DNA of 36,018 nucleotides from an uncultured Methanomassiliicoccales archaeon (GTDB taxonomy: Archaea > Thermoplasmatota > Thermoplasmata > RBG-16-68-12 > JAJISG01): assembly GCA_964347795.1 (NCBI GenBank), contig CAYFZX010000007.1:1-36018 (forward strand), written 5' to 3'. The position numbers and the translations under genes were made by a program. How positions within the stretch are numbered: the stretch's first letter is position 1; every line of letters begins with the position of its first letter. Shown here piece after piece: positions 1-7,676 of this stretch. The notes beneath the pieces are model-generated. The model searched no databases and had not been told where the DNA came from. It saw nothing but the letters and a program-made list of their open reading frames with translations.

Positions 1-66
1 TCTGAGGTCTCGAGCTAGACACCATGTAGACGACCGTGTTGCCAACATTCACCGTATGATCCGCGA

Positions 67-137
67 TGCGGCCGCCGGGATTCGAACCCGGGCTAGAGGC
101 TTGGGGGGCCTCTGTCCTACCGCTAGACTACGGCCGC
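67..137 (-). tRNA. tRNA-Gly (anticodon CCC), 71 nt, no encoded CCA
   Basis: The reverse complement folds as a cloverleaf: acceptor GCGGCCG/CGGCCGC, D arm GTCT/GGAC, anticodon stem GAGGC/GCCTC with loop CCCCCAA, 4-nt variable loop, T arm CCGGG-TTCGAAT-CCCGG, discriminator A. A TATA-like box lies about 26-33 nt upstream. Confidence 0.85.
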
Positions 138-162
138 GGTGGGTTCCGAGTGGCGGCGTTGT

Positions 163-170
163 CTAAAAAG
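163..170 (-). promoter_or_regulatory. TATA-like box (CTTTTTAGA on the minus strand) upstream of tRNA-Gly
   Basis: An A/T-rich octamer lies 26-33 nt upstream of the mature tRNA 5' end at 137. This spacing fits an archaeal TATA box. Confidence 0.45.
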
Positions 171-474
171 CCTGTGACGGTGCAGGGAAGACTCATTCTC
201 ACCCTGGAGCCAGAGGACGCCGACTGTATGGGTTGGCACCTCACAGCTCTGAAGACTGGGACGCCATCGTGAGAATTGAGAGGATTTTCGCTCGATCACC
301 CAAGGGCCTCCTGGCATGCTTGACATCGTTGTAGGTAGCCGGCTGCATCCCATTCAGGGAATACCCTCCATCTCGGACTCATTGTGTCGGGGGCCCTGTA
401 TAGGCCTACTGTTCATGGTACACAAGTATCTGGCCATTTGGGGGAAGCGGTAAAGCTCGCCTGAGAGGAGTCCC

Positions 475-758
475 CTATTTGATTGTCTCTAACTGGCTGA
501 TGATGTTCCAGATAAGAGTCCGGCCATGAAGCGGGATGTTCGGATCGTTGGCCAGCTCGTCCAGTATGAAGATTGCACTCGCTGCACGGACGTCGAGGGC
601 GTCCTCCTTTTTCAGGAGAAGTTCCTTGGCGTTTAGAGCACCCCTCCTGATGTTTCTGGGAACAGAGGTATCCTCCGCCAGCTGGCCAAGAACCTCCAGA
701 ACCTGTTTGAGCCTCTCTTCAGTCTCCGTGGTATCCTCCCCTCTTCAAGCGTCAGCAT
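475..758 (-). CDS. UPF0147-family small protein with an apparent N-terminal frame disruption
   Basis: My own translation of 744..475 gives RGEDTTETEERLKQVLEVLGQLAEDTSVPRNIRRGALNAKELLLKKEDALDVRAASAIFILDELANDPNIPLHGRTLIWNIISQLETIK*. The motifs SVPRNIRR and NDPNxPLHxRTLIW are as I recall for archaeal UPF0147 proteins. There is no in-frame ATG, GTG or TTG. The only nearby ATG (758) is in another frame. The gene is absent from the ORF track. Confidence 0.65.
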
Positions 759-769
759 CTCGAGGAACT

Positions 770-1075
770 TCACTTCGTCGCTCCGCCTTCCTTGTACGTG
801 GTGACCACCATAAGCGTTTTGGTATCCTTGATTCCGGAAATGGACGCTAGGGACTCCAAGAGGAACTCCTTGAGCGCGCCATAGTCTCGGAAGCGAGCCT
901 TGGCGATTATGTCGGTATCCCCCGTCACCAAGAAGAGATCTTCAATGAACTCAAACTTTGATATCTCGCTGGCTATTTTGTCTGCCTCCTTCGTGTCGAC
1001 CTTCATGGTTATGATGGCCGAGACTGCCTCGCCGCTGTAGTAGGACGACATGACTTCCTCGATGTCCTGGCTCAT
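770..1075 (-). CDS. Stand-alone Lrp/AsnC ligand-binding (RAM) domain protein
   Basis: The 101-aa ORF shows the RAM-domain pattern (AIITMKV ... VTGDTDIIAKARFRDYGALKEFL ... ISGIKDTKTLMVV) and has no N-terminal HTH. Confidence 0.8.
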   Translation of the reverse strand: MSQDIEEVMSSYYSGEAVSAIITMKVDTKEADKIASEISKFEFIEDLFLVTGDTDIIAKARFRDYGALKEFLLESLASISGIKDTKTLMVVTTYKEGGATK

Positions 1076-1147
1076 GGGACCACGAGGGTGAATTTTACTC
1101 AGCGGTCTTAATCTTTGTTACACCTTGGGCGGGGGGAGGCAGAGGAG

Positions 1148-1987
1148 TCAAGACGCTCGGAGTTTCTTATCCCTTCTCGCCTTCAAGCCGACGCCGCACC
1201 TGCGGCAGAAGCGATCGCCTTCTCCCACTTCGCTCCCGCACTCTGGACACTCACTCCTCACCAGACGATACCCGCATTTCCCACAGAAAGCGTCGTCGGG
1301 CGAGATGATGGACCCGCACTCTGGACAAAGGTGGTCGCCTTCGATGACCTCTGGAGGGAGAGCCTTCTCGGGGATTTCCTCACCACGCAACAGCCTCTTG
1401 GAGTTCACTGCCAAGCTGAGAGCATCATTATACCGCTCCTCCTCAAAGGCCTCCTCGGCTTCCTTGAACACCTCCCGAGCTCTCTTCACTTCGCCAGACC
1501 TCTTCCTCGTTTTCTTGAGAGAGTCCTTCGCAACCCCCAGGAAGAACTTCGCCTGGAGGAAGTTCCTCGGATACTCCTTTCCGAGAATCGGCTTGGATTC
1601 AGGTATCTCATCCCCGTCCACGAAGGGTGTTGGCTCAGGGGGTGTGTCCACAACCCGCATCTCATTCAAGAGGTTGCGGGCCTCCATGGAAAACTCCTCC
1701 GCTTCCCTCAGCCTTCCTTCGAGGTAAGATTGACGCGCAGTGCGCAACAGATTCTCCGCTTTGACGTTCTCGAATCCCTTGCCCACCATCTCCCTGGAGA
1801 TAGCCTCCGTCGTGACCAAGACGTTGTAGGCCCTATCAGAGACGGGCTCAGAATCCTCGCCAAGGTCCCCCGAAGGACGCTTGATCTTCGACCTAGCGCG
1901 GTGCAGTGCGAGCATGAGGACGATAAGAGCAACGAGGAAGGTTACGAACAGGACACCGGCCGTGAACAGAACGTCTGCTTCGGCCAT
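1148..1987 (-). CDS. Membrane-anchored helical-repeat protein with a C-terminal double zinc ribbon
   Basis: It has an N-terminal hydrophobic helix (LFTAGVLFVTFLVALIVLMLAL) and charged helical repeats. The C-terminus carries CPECG..x..CGKCG and CPECG..x..CRRCG (four CxxC pairs). A TATA-like box at 2013-2018 lies 26-31 nt upstream of the ATG at 1987. Confidence 0.8.
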   Translation of the reverse strand: MAEADVLFTAGVLFVTFLVALIVLMLALHRARSKIKRPSGDLGEDSEPVSDRAYNVLVTTEAISREMVGKGFENVKAENLLRTARQSYLEGRLREAEEFSMEARNLLNEMRVVDTPPEPTPFVDGDEIPESKPILGKEYPRNFLQAKFFLGVAKDSLKKTRKRSGEVKRAREVFKEAEEAFEEERYNDALSLAVNSKRLLRGEEIPEKALPPEVIEGDHLCPECGSIISPDDAFCGKCGYRLVRSECPECGSEVGEGDRFCRRCGVGLKARRDKKLRAS

Positions 1988-2080
1988 GGCCAGTCATCTT
2001 CCCAGGCGTTCATAAAACCATATCGGCCTCAGAATCGCTGCTAAGAATGAGGAGGGGGTAACCGGGCTTCTTCAGAGTCC

Positions 2081-3145
2081 CTAGGTCAGCACCTTCAGGA
2101 GTTGACCTCTCTCCTGAGCGGTTCGGATCTCGCGGGCAACGCGACGACCTGTGGACATCCCGGGCTCCAACAGCTCCGAGTAGGGGCTCCCCGAGATGTA
2201 GAGATTCGTCCCCGCGACAATTCTCGTGGACACCTCGAAGACCTTGAATTCGAGTTGGTCCGTGACTATGGTCTCCAAGCAGAAGGGGCCAATCATTCCT
2301 CCGAAAAGCTCGATGGACTTCTCCACGACTCGCTCTCCCATCTCGAAGGCCTTTGGGAGGAGGGATTCTCGCAGGACGGTGGGGATGTTTCCAGTCACAA
2401 TGAAGGTGGGGTAGATCCCAAGCTTCTTGAGGGACTCCTGAGCCCCGAGTTTGTACATCTCGTCGATGTTGCTTTCGTCTCTCCTGTCAATGCCAAGGAG
2501 CTCCAGGTGACCCCGGCTGAGCGAGTATCCATCGGCACCGAGAGGCGAGTAGAAGTAGTGGACATAGTACCTAGTTCCGATGACGTACTCCTGGATGGTG
2601 TAGGGCAGGCTCTTGTCGACGTGTTCGAGAAACTCATCGTAGTTCTTGGCGATGAAGGATCCCCGTCCCCCCTTCGCACCGTGGTACTTCACGAAAACGG
2701 GACGGTCGATGTGGTCCGGCCTCTCAATCTTCGCGGGCATGTCCACTCCCGCGCTCAGAATCCATATCCGCTGTTTCTCCCGATCCGCCTCCCACTCGAT
2801 GACGCGGCGATTACCGAAGGTCGGCACCTCGAACTTGGAGAACGCCTCCGCCCCCATGTACTCCACGAAGGATCCGTGGGGGACCGTTACAGCATTTATA
2901 TCAACGAGCTCAGACGCCCTCCCTGTGAGTTCCTCGTAGCTGTCCACCACCAGGAAGGAGTCTGGCCGCGCCGCGGGAAAGGCGTCGTAGAACCGAGGCT
3001 GCTGCTTGATTGCGATGCCCAGCGTGTTGAAGCCTTCCACCTTGGCCCCGTGAAAAATCTGGAGAGATGAATGAGAACAGACGGTGGCTATCACAAGGTC
3101 GTCATAGCCTTCGAGAATCTCAGCGATCCTCCCCTCTGCTACCAT
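2081..3145 (-). CDS. purP: 5-formaminoimidazole-4-carboxamide ribonucleotide (FAICAR) synthetase PurP, ATP-grasp
   Basis: From the internal Met, MVAEGRIAEILEGYDDLVIATVCSHSSLQIFHGAKVEGF... through ...FEVSTRIVAGTNLY, the sequence and its about 354-aa length fit archaeal PurP. I re-set the start to ATG 3145. The palindromic TATA-like CCTTTAAAGG at 3168-3177 lies 24-32 nt upstream. Confidence 0.88.
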   Translation of the reverse strand: MVAEGRIAEILEGYDDLVIATVCSHSSLQIFHGAKVEGFNTLGIAIKQQPRFYDAFPAARPDSFLVVDSYEELTGRASELVDINAVTVPHGSFVEYMGAEAFSKFEVPTFGNRRVIEWEADREKQRIWILSAGVDMPAKIERPDHIDRPVFVKYHGAKGGRGSFIAKNYDEFLEHVDKSLPYTIQEYVIGTRYYVHYFYSPLGADGYSLSRGHLELLGIDRRDESNIDEMYKLGAQESLKKLGIYPTFIVTGNIPTVLRESLLPKAFEMGERVVEKSIELFGGMIGPFCLETIVTDQLEFKVFEVSTRIVAGTNLYISGSPYSELLEPGMSTGRRVAREIRTAQERGQLLKVLT

Positions 3146-3167
3146 TAGAATACAATGATGAGAGTCA

Positions 3168-3177
3168 CCTTTAAAGG
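3168..3177 (-). promoter_or_regulatory. TATA-like box for purP (CCTTTAAAGG)
   Basis: It lies 24-32 nt upstream of ATG 3145, which implies a leaderless or near-leaderless mRNA. Confidence 0.5.
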
Positions 3178-3225
3178 TTTTCGAGCGGGGGATTGGGCGA
3201 TGTGGCTTCCCGGATGGCTTAGGGT

Positions 3226-3495
3226 CTAGTCCGTGAGGTCCGAGAGTGGAGACGGTTCGGCTGGCCTCTTCAGACCGTTGATTTCCCTCTGCATCTCGAG
3301 GAGAATGGAGAGCAGAGCAGTCTCGAAGGGATCGAGGTGCGCACAGAAACTCGCCGCCGAGGAATGCTGACGAGCCTTGACCATCACCTCGTCGAAGAGG
3401 TCGCGGTCCTTGCCCCGGAGAGCCCTCCTGTAGTCCGTCCAGGAACTGACTATGGATTCCAGATGCATGCGATAGGTGGGCACGGTTCTTCCCAT
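3226..3495 (-). CDS. Small conserved-looking hypothetical protein (89 aa, helical)
   Basis: It is an ORF in the same orientation as its neighbours. A TATA-like CCTTTAAG at 3519-3526 lies 24-31 nt upstream of ATG 3495. I recognise no family. Confidence 0.55.
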   Translation of the reverse strand: MGRTVPTYRMHLESIVSSWTDYRRALRGKDRDLFDEVMVKARQHSSAASFCAHLDPFETALLSILLEMQREINGLKRPAEPSPLSDLTD

Positions 3496-3521
3496 GGTTT
3501 CCGGAAGTCTGCAAAATCCCT

Positions 3522-4328
3522 TTAAGGGGACCCAGGGAGGTCGATGAAAGTGGAGATCTCAATCTGCCTTCCTCGTAGCTTCGTTCTCCTGGACTCTTCT
3601 GAAATCCGTGTCGTGACCTGGCCATGAGGGAACTTCTCGGGAACGTAGTCTTCCAAGATGGACTGGGTGGGAGGGATGGGTGTAAAGGTCGTGCTCCTCC
3701 CCTCTTTTGGAAGGGATATGAGGAGGCCGCCCTTGATCGGGCTTATCTTGATCATCTGATCAGACATCTGATGAAGGAGGTGTCCAATCCCCCTCCTCTT
3801 GGCGAGCTGGGAGAGGCCGTGATTGGTTACCACGCCAAATATCTCCTCCTCCTTCACGCACTGTCTCACTTTCTTCAACCCCCGACGAAGGAGATGGTAG
3901 GCCTCCTGATACTCCACGTCCTCATCCAAGAAGAGATCGGGCAGACACGACAGTATCAGAAGACCGGGGCCCGCCCTCACCTCATCCTCCAAGGATTCCA
4001 GAAGGATTGTGGTCATTTGGTAGGCAGTGAAGGCTCGGGCAACCCTTATGCGTCCCAACACGTCCTGACGACGTTTTCCGTACCTCTTGGCGATGGCGGC
4101 GATAGAGTAGGGATTGATGGAATTCCCTCCATCCACGTAAACCACGTCCCGATCGAAGTCAAGGATGTGACGGACGCCTAGAAGAAAGACCATGTTATGT
4201 ACGAAGCGGCTCCCGCTGTTCAGAAAGGTGAGCTTCGCGGGTTCGAGACCCCCCAGGAGATCGTCCAGCACCCTATTAGACGTGTAGAGCCTCCGGGGAC
4301 TCACCAGGACCTCTTTCGCTACCTCCAT
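3522..4328 (-). CDS. RadB/RadA-paralog-like RecA-fold protein with degenerate Walker A and B motifs plus a C-terminal extension
   Basis: The layout LDDLLGGLEPAKLTFL-NSGSRFVH-...VVYVDGG...LLILSC...VTNH mirrors RadB (LDxLLGGG-x-G..GKT ... DS ...). Walker A (GxxGxGKT) is replaced by NSGSRFVH, and the Walker B aspartate is absent (LILSC). The SD-like GGGGAGGAAG directly precedes ATG 4328. Confidence 0.68.
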   Translation of the reverse strand: MEVAKEVLVSPRRLYTSNRVLDDLLGGLEPAKLTFLNSGSRFVHNMVFLLGVRHILDFDRDVVYVDGGNSINPYSIAAIAKRYGKRRQDVLGRIRVARAFTAYQMTTILLESLEDEVRAGPGLLILSCLPDLFLDEDVEYQEAYHLLRRGLKKVRQCVKEEEIFGVVTNHGLSQLAKRRGIGHLLHQMSDQMIKISPIKGGLLISLPKEGRSTTFTPIPPTQSILEDYVPEKFPHGQVTTRISEESRRTKLRGRQIEISTFIDLPGSP

Positions 4329-4475
4329 CTTCCTCCCCGCGAGAACAAGAGACTACGACTGCTCTTTTAAAGGGGAAGAGGGGGGAGGTTGGCGAAAGTG
4401 GCTAACGGCATCCATAGTTGGGCCGAGGACCCCACTCCGCGAGGATTCCGAAGGAGAGGCTGTCGAAGGACGACG

Positions 4476-5081
4476 CTAGCGCTTCCTGACCAGGGCCCTC
4501 TTCCTCATGGCCTTTCGGATTCTCTCCTCATGCTTCTTGACCACGAACTCCTGGACGACGGTGCCGAAGACGGCGACACCAGCGGCGGCTAGGAAGCTAA
4601 TCTGTAGGTCGCTAGTTAGGATGAAAAGGCCGACGCCTGTCAGGACGCCCCCGACTAGGGCGGTAACGAAGCTCATAACTCGGTGCATGTAGTAGAACGT
4701 AAAGGAGAAGATTATCAACATCACCAGAACGCCCGCAATGATCGCCTGGTCGATGCCCAAGACGTCCAGCAGGCTTCGATAGGTCACGTAGAGGCCCAAG
4801 ACTCCCGCCATTCCAGCAATGGCGACCTCCACCAACCAGGTGAAGACCATCCCGCCAACCACGGCCCCGAGGAGCGCGATGGCCAGGGCGGTGAAACCCG
4901 GCAGTATCGGTGCCCCAATTCCGTATCCGACGGAGGCCCCCAAGAGGACTCCCAAGAGGGTCATCAATCGTCCCCAAATGGCTCTGCCGAAGAATCCGAG
5001 AGAGACGCCGACTGCAACGTAGATGTATGATGCAAGGGCAATGGCGAGGAGAGGAATCTCCGGCAGGGTGATTTCTACCAC
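4476..5081 (-). CDS. Polytopic integral membrane protein (about 6 TM, Gly/Ala-rich helices, basic C-terminal tail)
   Basis: The 201-aa ORF has repeated hydrophobic segments and a C-terminal KKHEERIRKAMRKRALVRKR tail. It uses a GTG start. Confidence 0.72.
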   Translation of the reverse strand: MVEITLPEIPLLAIALASYIYVAVGVSLGFFGRAIWGRLMTLLGVLLGASVGYGIGAPILPGFTALAIALLGAVVGGMVFTWLVEVAIAGMAGVLGLYVTYRSLLDVLGIDQAIIAGVLVMLIIFSFTFYYMHRVMSFVTALVGGVLTGVGLFILTSDLQISFLAAAGVAVFGTVVQEFVVKKHEERIRKAMRKRALVRKR

Positions 5082-5155
5082 AGTCTAGCGCCCCAACTCT
5101 GCGCACGTTCCAGGGGATTAAGACTTTTCTCTCCCTAATCTCACCCTGGCCGCTG

Positions 5156-6682
5156 TCAGAGGACCTCGTCTGCCTTGGCAGCGATGCGTTCCAAAGCCTC
5201 CTGCGTGACCCCGCCCTTCAAGACGTGTTCTCTGACGTTCAGGTCCTCATAGTGCATGACATCGATGACCGTAGGTATGCGGATAGCATCTCCCAGGACG
5301 GCGACGCACCGAGCTGGGATGGTGGAGACGATCTTCTCCCACATGCCCCGGTCAGGAACTCCCGCCAGGGCCGACGTGACGTCGCTGGGCTCCTTCAGGG
5401 ACATTACCAGGCGGTTGGCCAACTGGCTACGCACCTCGTCGTCGATCTTCGAGGGCCTCTGGTCTACCAAGGCCAGGATAAGATTGAACTTCCGGGTCTC
5501 ACGGGCCAGCTTGCTGAAAATTGTGTAGGAGGCGATTCCCGGGTCCAAGAACTTGTGAGCCTCCTCAAGGAAGAGAACGAGGCGGGGGAACTCCTCGTTC
5601 TTCTCCGTATACAGGTCAAACAGTCGGCGGGCCAGCACGTTGGCCACGAAGAGGTAGACCATCTGGTCGGTACCGAAGTCGCCGAAGTCTAAGACCAGTG
5701 ATTTATTGCTCCGGATGAGGCCGACGATGGTGGAAAACACGTCCTTGCCCGTGGGCCGGATGAAGGGCAGCCGCTGCAGCCGAGCCATCCGCCTCTTCAG
5801 TGCGTTCAGGACCGTGGGATGAACCTTGCTTTCGTCGTACTCCTCGGGTAGGGCCGCGCGGATGGCCGTGACAAGATCTGTGCTCCGTCGCCGGTCCACC
5901 TCATAGATCGCATCGATCATATTCTGGTTGAGATCTTGGAGGGCGATGATGAGGTCCTCTGGACGAATCTCGTCGGGGTCTATCAAGAAGGGTCTCGCCT
6001 CCCTGTTCTTCACGTCCAGGGAGAGTACCTCCACGCGATCAGGGAAGAAGAACTTGAGGCCCTCAGTGTTATCGGTCTGGGAGTATACGCCGTACTCTCC
6101 GTGCATGTCGAAGACCAAGACGGAGCCCCCGCTCCGAGCGAGGACACCGCAGCAGACAAGCTTGTTGAGGATGCTCTTCCCCATCCCGGTCCTGCCAAAG
6201 ATGGCGAAGGGCTTCTCGGTCAACCTCTCGAAGTCCAGGTGGACGTAGAACTCTGACACTCCCCGTATGGTTCCCAGAGGCGCGGATCCAGTGGTCCGTT
6301 GGTAGATAAGCTCCACATCCTTCTCTAACGCGTGCCTCGTCTCCGAGAAGTAGGGCGGAATGGTCTCTGGCTCGGAGAGTTGGGCGGTTTCCCTGTCGAT
6401 TAGCTGGATGGGCCTCAGGAGGGCCTTGGAGAAGAATATCGGGCCCCCGTAGCCTTCCTGCATACCTGCTGGCATGACGGAGTCCCTTAGCCGGGATCCG
6501 GCCAACCTCTCGGCGATATTCGAAGTCTCATTGATGATGTCCTCAACTATGCAATAGAAGTCATATCGCCGCCCTTCCACGATGACAGGATATCCTATCC
6601 TCAGGTCCTCTGGGTTCTCTAGCTCCAGTTTCGTCGTCAGTCCGGCCAGGACAGAGGCTGAGACGATCTCTCCGATCTTCAC
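5156..6682 (-). CDS. herA: HerA DNA translocase/helicase (FtsK/HerA superfamily)
   Basis: It has Walker A FGRTGMGKS and a Walker B-like LVLFLEEAHKF. Its 508-aa size and its position directly after nurA also fit. The GTG start overlaps the nurA stop (GTGA). Confidence 0.9.
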   Translation of the reverse strand: MKIGEIVSASVLAGLTTKLELENPEDLRIGYPVIVEGRRYDFYCIVEDIINETSNIAERLAGSRLRDSVMPAGMQEGYGGPIFFSKALLRPIQLIDRETAQLSEPETIPPYFSETRHALEKDVELIYQRTTGSAPLGTIRGVSEFYVHLDFERLTEKPFAIFGRTGMGKSILNKLVCCGVLARSGGSVLVFDMHGEYGVYSQTDNTEGLKFFFPDRVEVLSLDVKNREARPFLIDPDEIRPEDLIIALQDLNQNMIDAIYEVDRRRSTDLVTAIRAALPEEYDESKVHPTVLNALKRRMARLQRLPFIRPTGKDVFSTIVGLIRSNKSLVLDFGDFGTDQMVYLFVANVLARRLFDLYTEKNEEFPRLVLFLEEAHKFLDPGIASYTIFSKLARETRKFNLILALVDQRPSKIDDEVRSQLANRLVMSLKEPSDVTSALAGVPDRGMWEKIVSTIPARCVAVLGDAIRIPTVIDVMHYEDLNVREHVLKGGVTQEALERIAAKADEVL

Positions 6683-7650
6683 TTGAGTTCCCTCGTGACC
6701 TTGTCCAGATACTGGTGGAAGGCACTACGGCGCTCCCCCTCCATGCTGGTGAGTCCAGCCAGCAAGAGGTTGGCCGGAAGTCCCATATGCAGGCCTTCCT
6801 TGACTATGGCATCTTCGTACATTTCGCGCATCTGCCTCACCGTAACGGCGAACCGGTGGGCCTCAAACAGGGGATAGGGGTAACCGACGCAAAGTGGGGA
6901 TGCGCAGAAGGCCGCCACCTGTGAGAAGGCTGTGTCTGGGGCCTCCTTGTAGGTCCCCACGTCAACTCTGAACCACTTGGGAGAGTCCTTGTGAAGGCGC
7001 GCGAAGTAGACGTCGCCATGGAGAAGGCCTTTTTGTCTCTTGCTGAACTCCTCCGGGACGGCCACGAAACTCATGCCTCCTTCCCGGCGAAGGAGTTCCT
7101 CGTCAGTCAGCCGGTGACCGAAGGCGTGGGTGGCGGAGTCCTTGGAGACACCAACGAGAATGTGGTCGTTCCGCTCGCAGGCGCTCACAACCTCACCAAG
7201 GCGGTCCGTCTCCTTGGGGAACGATGCCAAGCTACCGTCAAGGGCTAGGACGAGTCCCTCGTTGGACCTAGCCACCTGCAGAGCAATCTCACTCTCAAAG
7301 TACTTCCTGTACTCGTTCACCATCTCCCGATGTTGCTCGTTGGATCGCTTGGTAAGACGGAAGATGGATTGGTACAGCTCATCCTCTTGAGGAAACTCCC
7401 CAGATGTCGAGATGAGGATTGGCTTCTCGAACTTCTCCAGGGAGTCGACGTGATAGCCATTTGCAGTGCGCTTGAAGCGCAGGGCACCAACTTTCAGGAC
7501 GGCCAGCCATGTAGACGAGACGTTCCATAGAAAAGTGTAGGAGCCGTCGACCGCCACCATTTCCCTTGGCTCGTCCGTCGCCTTGAACTCCACCAAGGTC
7601 AAGGGCGGATCCTCGCCATCGCCGTCGTGATACTCCAGGATGCGATGCAA
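6679..7650 (-). CDS. nurA: NurA 5'-3' nuclease
   Basis: It has the VAVDGSY and LALDGSL motifs typical of the NurA domain. It sits between rad50 and herA. Confidence 0.85.
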   Translation of the reverse strand: MHRILEYHDGDGEDPPLTLVEFKATDEPREMVAVDGSYTFLWNVSSTWLAVLKVGALRFKRTANGYHVDSLEKFEKPILISTSGEFPQEDELYQSIFRLTKRSNEQHREMVNEYRKYFESEIALQVARSNEGLVLALDGSLASFPKETDRLGEVVSACERNDHILVGVSKDSATHAFGHRLTDEELLRREGGMSFVAVPEEFSKRQKGLLHGDVYFARLHKDSPKWFRVDVGTYKEAPDTAFSQVAAFCASPLCVGYPYPLFEAHRFAVTVRQMREMYEDAIVKEGLHMGLPANLLLAGLTSMEGERRSAFHQYLDKVTRELK

Positions 7651-7676
7651 CTCGAGCCTTAGCTCCTCAAGGACAC

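Noticed and set aside
66-353. ORF-track ORFs 66..272 (+) and 123..353 (-)
   Set aside because: Both overlap the well-folded tRNA-Gly gene (67..137). Their composition is Pro/Arg/Gly-rich and non-protein-like. They are most likely spurious.
434-450. TGGCCATTTGGGGGAAG, which resembles an ORB half-site plus G-string
   Set aside because: It is a single occurrence. It has no dyad partner, no repeated copies and no adjacent AT-rich tract.
1115-2044. 309-aa ORF on the plus strand, and its 200-aa sibling at 1125..1727
   Set aside because: It is antisense to the 1148..1987 gene, which has a TM helix and four CxxC pairs and is clearly the real coding frame. Long shadow ORFs are expected in GC-rich DNA.
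2102-3070. 322-aa antisense ORF opposite purP. Similar long antisense ORFs lie at 19446..20276 (-), 32510..33241 (-), 33455..34231 (-) and 34833..35411 (-).
   Set aside because: Each lies opposite a gene with strong family motifs (PurP, GalT, DHPS, GDE). Each has Arg/Pro/Gly/Ser-rich low-complexity composition typical of GC-rich shadow frames.
3146-3625. N-terminal 160-aa extension of the purP ORF (ORF track 2081..3625)
   Set aside because: The extension is low-complexity and overlaps the separate 3226..3495 gene and its promoter. PurP homology begins at the internal Met (3145), which has its own TATA-like box.
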